A stretch of 64,000 nt of DNA, taken from Candidatus Gottesmanbacteria bacterium. GTDB taxonomy: Bacteria; Patescibacteriota; Microgenomatia; UBA10105; UBA927. Within the stretch, counting starts at the first letter, position 1; every line of letters begins with the position of its first letter. The stretch spans positions 724,103 through 788,102 of the forward strand of contig OY970230.1 of the NCBI GenBank assembly GCA_963714095.1, read 5' to 3'. A model generated the notes under the pieces. It made no database searches. It had not been told where the DNA came from and worked only from the letters and a program-made list of their open reading frames with translations. Both the position numbers and the translations under genes were made by a program. Below, one piece after another: positions 61,750 through 64,000 of the stretch.

Positions 61750-63375
61750 TTATTTTTTTATCGCAAATATTGTGACCGCGGGATTTTGGAATACCGGAGT
61801 AAGTATAGCGGGGTAGAATATCGGAGTATTGAAGAATTTCTTTTCATCTGCACCCCAGTAGACGTAGGAGATGTTTTCACGGTGAAGCAGCGTTTTTGCG
61901 TCCGCGGTGGTCAATTGCCCTGAATAGAACTGCGTTGCTTCATGATAGCGCTCATTCCAATCGAGAAAACCCGGTGTTTCGCCCAAAAAGACGCGTACCG
62001 TTGCATAACTTGGGATAATTTCGCCGAAATATTGCATGACCATGACGCCGCTTTGGTGAGGGACGGTTGACAGGAAACGGATCGCATCCCATTCCAGATT
62101 TTGCGGATAGACGTTTGTCCAGATTTGCTCCTGATTGGCGAATGTTTGGCGTGTAAAGCTAAACGTCAGAAAAAGGGACGCGGCAATCATACAAATGACA
62201 ACAATCTTTGCGGCACTTTTGTTTAATACGCGTCCGATTGCCAGGATACCCAGTGCGGCGAGTATTCCCGCGGGGACGTAGTCGTAACCATCCATTAAAC
62301 GGAAATTGGCAAACGGAAAAATAGTTAGATGGGTGAGGGGAATATAGAAAAGAGGCCCTAGGATCCATGTCGTCCCAAGGACGACCAAAAGTTGTACGGA
62401 CACACCCATTTTCCGCCACATGTGAGGGAGGGCAAGAAAAAGGGCGAGGATGGCAGGAAGATATAAGAGGAGGGACGAGAGATAATTCGTAAGGAGAAAC
62501 GGGTCCGTCACCCAGCGTTTTTCGTCGATGTTAAAATTCTTAAATGCGTAGCTTGTATCCATTTGTAGTTTGGTAAATATCCCCACTGCTCCCAGAGAAA
62601 TAACGATTGTGAGAAGCGGAGGAAGAATTTTTTTGATTTGGCCGCGGAAAAGGGCCCAGAGAAACCATGCAACAAAGACAGTGAGAACCAGCATGCTGTC
62701 GTATGCAGGCATGAGGAGGGCTCCGGTAATTGTCAGAAGTGCAATACCGACGAGGCGGGGCCATGATGCTTTTTTTATATACAGAAAAACAGCGGTAAGG
62801 AGGAATAACCCGAACGCTTCAGAGAGTACATGGTGGGGAAGCCCGAAATGCCGCAGCGCCAGTTCCTGCGGGAAGTAGCTGAATATGGCAGGGACGGCAT
62901 CCAGGATTGAGGGGATATTTTTGATCGCGCTTATCAGCGGACCCGGTTCCAACCCGAGCGTAAAAAGGACGGCCAATGATTGAAGATCAGCCGGCAAAAC
63001 AGTCACAATAAATACATATGTCGCGAAAAATAAGATGAGACCGGCCGCGACACGTGTTACCATATATGCAGAAACAGGATCAAAAGAAAAAAGATGCGCA
63101 ATTTTACCGACGATTACGTAAAAAACATGGACATAGACTGCAGGATTAGGCCTGGTCGTATACGGATTGTATAATTTCCAAACCGGTCCGTCTTCCGCCT
63201 GGCGTATGTGCGCGGCATACGCTCCTTCTCCGTTCAGCACATAATAGTTCCGGCCCGGGGGCGCAACCGAGAACGGGCGCATGGTGATCCAGAGAAATAA
63301 GCCAAGCTGGAGAACAAATAGGATGGCGGTAAGAAAGAGCGGGTTTATAAGAATTGAACGTATGCGTTTCGGCAT
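61750..63375 (-). CDS. large polytopic membrane protein (GT-C-like)
   Basis: 541 aa, more than 12 TM helices. Convergent with the plus-strand operon. Confidence 0.4.
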   Translation of the reverse strand: MPKRIRSILINPLFLTAILFVLQLGLFLWITMRPFSVAPPGRNYYVLNGEGAYAAHIRQAEDGPVWKLYNPYTTRPNPAVYVHVFYVIVGKIAHLFSFDPVSAYMVTRVAAGLILFFATYVFIVTVLPADLQSLAVLFTLGLEPGPLISAIKNIPSILDAVPAIFSYFPQELALRHFGLPHHVLSEAFGLFLLTAVFLYIKKASWPRLVGIALLTITGALLMPAYDSMLVLTVFVAWFLWALFRGQIKKILPPLLTIVISLGAVGIFTKLQMDTSYAFKNFNIDEKRWVTDPFLLTNYLSSLLLYLPAILALFLALPHMWRKMGVSVQLLVVLGTTWILGPLFYIPLTHLTIFPFANFRLMDGYDYVPAGILAALGILAIGRVLNKSAAKIVVICMIAASLFLTFSFTRQTFANQEQIWTNVYPQNLEWDAIRFLSTVPHQSGVMVMQYFGEIIPSYATVRVFLGETPGFLDWNERYHEATQFYSGQLTTADAKTLLHRENISYVYWGADEKKFFNTPIFYPAILTPVFQNPAVTIFAIKK

Positions 63376-63385
63376 AGGTAAAATA

Positions 63386-63886
63386 TCACGGCATCGGGAG
63401 TGTAGGTATTCCTGTTGCCGGAGCGTTTTGTACGGCGGCTGAGGTTGCAGCCTGCGGTATATCGTTTAGATCGTTTTGGACTTTCGCATAATCCGTGCTT
63501 CCCGGCTGTACGAGTTTCAGTGTGGCAGTAAGCGCTTTCGCTTCATTAATCGTGTCCCCTTTGAGTTTATACACATTTGCCAGGTTGTAGTAGGCGTTGG
63601 CGTACGACGGATTAAGTTGGATAGCGCGTTCAAACAGGATGATCGCGTTATCGTACTGTTTTTGGGCAACAAACACATTACCGATATTGACGAAGAGTGT
63701 CGGATTAGACGGATCCAATTGTACTGCTGACTGGTCTGCTGTGAGTGCCCAACCGGCGGCCTCTGTTGAGACCGGCATAATGGTCTGATACGTGAGCCCC
63801 AGGTTTTCCCATGCAGCGACGTTTTGCGGGTTGAGGGAGACCGCGGTTTTTGCTTCTTTGACGGCCTGTTGTAAGAGTTGTGCCAT
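63386..63886 (-). CDS. TPR repeat protein (start may lie beyond 63886)
   Basis: Repeated A/W/L/G/Y/A/F/A/P TPR consensus positions (AYYNLANVYKLKGD). Confidence 0.55.
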   Translation of the reverse strand: MAQLLQQAVKEAKTAVSLNPQNVAAWENLGLTYQTIMPVSTEAAGWALTADQSAVQLDPSNPTLFVNIGNVFVAQKQYDNAIILFERAIQLNPSYANAYYNLANVYKLKGDTINEAKALTATLKLVQPGSTDYAKVQNDLNDIPQAATSAAVQNAPATGIPTLPMP

Positions 63887-64000
63887 AAGCTGCCGATCTT
63901 GGGCAGAACCGGTACTTTCATTGAATGAAGCGCCTATGCTATTGGCCAGCGCCAGGCTTGTTTGTCCGTAGCTGATGTGGTAGCTGCTTAAAAAGGTATT

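Overview
This 64 kb window reads as a compact bacterial chromosome segment with Patescibacteria/CPR-like traits; that lineage call is an inference from gene content, not from any search. Most of it is housekeeping: glycosyltransferases, an ABC transporter, recF, radA plus a YacL-like PIN/TRAM gene, rho with a low-complexity N-terminal insert, rpsA, pth, trxA-trxB, gdhA, a Mur ligase, an ATP-dependent DNA ligase, an EndoQ-like PHP nuclease, MGMT, a Fic protein and an M23/LysM peptidase. RNA genes form a 16S-less unit, tRNA-Ala(TGC)-23S-5S, and there are two further tRNA-Ala genes (GGC, CGC) on the minus strand at about 47.3-47.5 kb. The 23S is about 3.2 kb because a 296-nt ORF-less group I intron sits after the position equivalent to E. 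coli U2500, in the peptidyl-transferase region. A copper-homeostasis cluster (csoR-copA, a cupredoxin, a membrane protein with a degenerate cupredoxin domain, and copZ) has a recognisable CsoR-type palindromic operator overlapping a near-consensus sigma70 promoter. A Crp/Fnr regulator is broken by at least three frameshifts. The most unusual content is the 39-64 kb region: at least eight large polytopic membrane proteins with GT-C-like features (ArnT/PMT/GT39-like first-loop D-E motifs; one DUF2298 YYY-type). They sit with two Dpm1/GtrB-like GT2 polyprenyl-phosphate-sugar synthases, a SAM methyltransferase, a UDP-galactopyranose-mutase-like flavoenzyme, one GT-C protein fused to an NPCBM carbohydrate-binding module, and a TPR protein. 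Together these look like a candidate lipid-linked extracytoplasmic glycosylation system. Two cysteine-rich, signal-anchored secreted proteins, one with a VWC-like C-terminal module, and several conserved-looking hypothetical gene pairs are also flagged. ORF-track coordinates are used for CDSs. RNA and regulatory coordinates were counted by hand and may be off by 1-2 nt.
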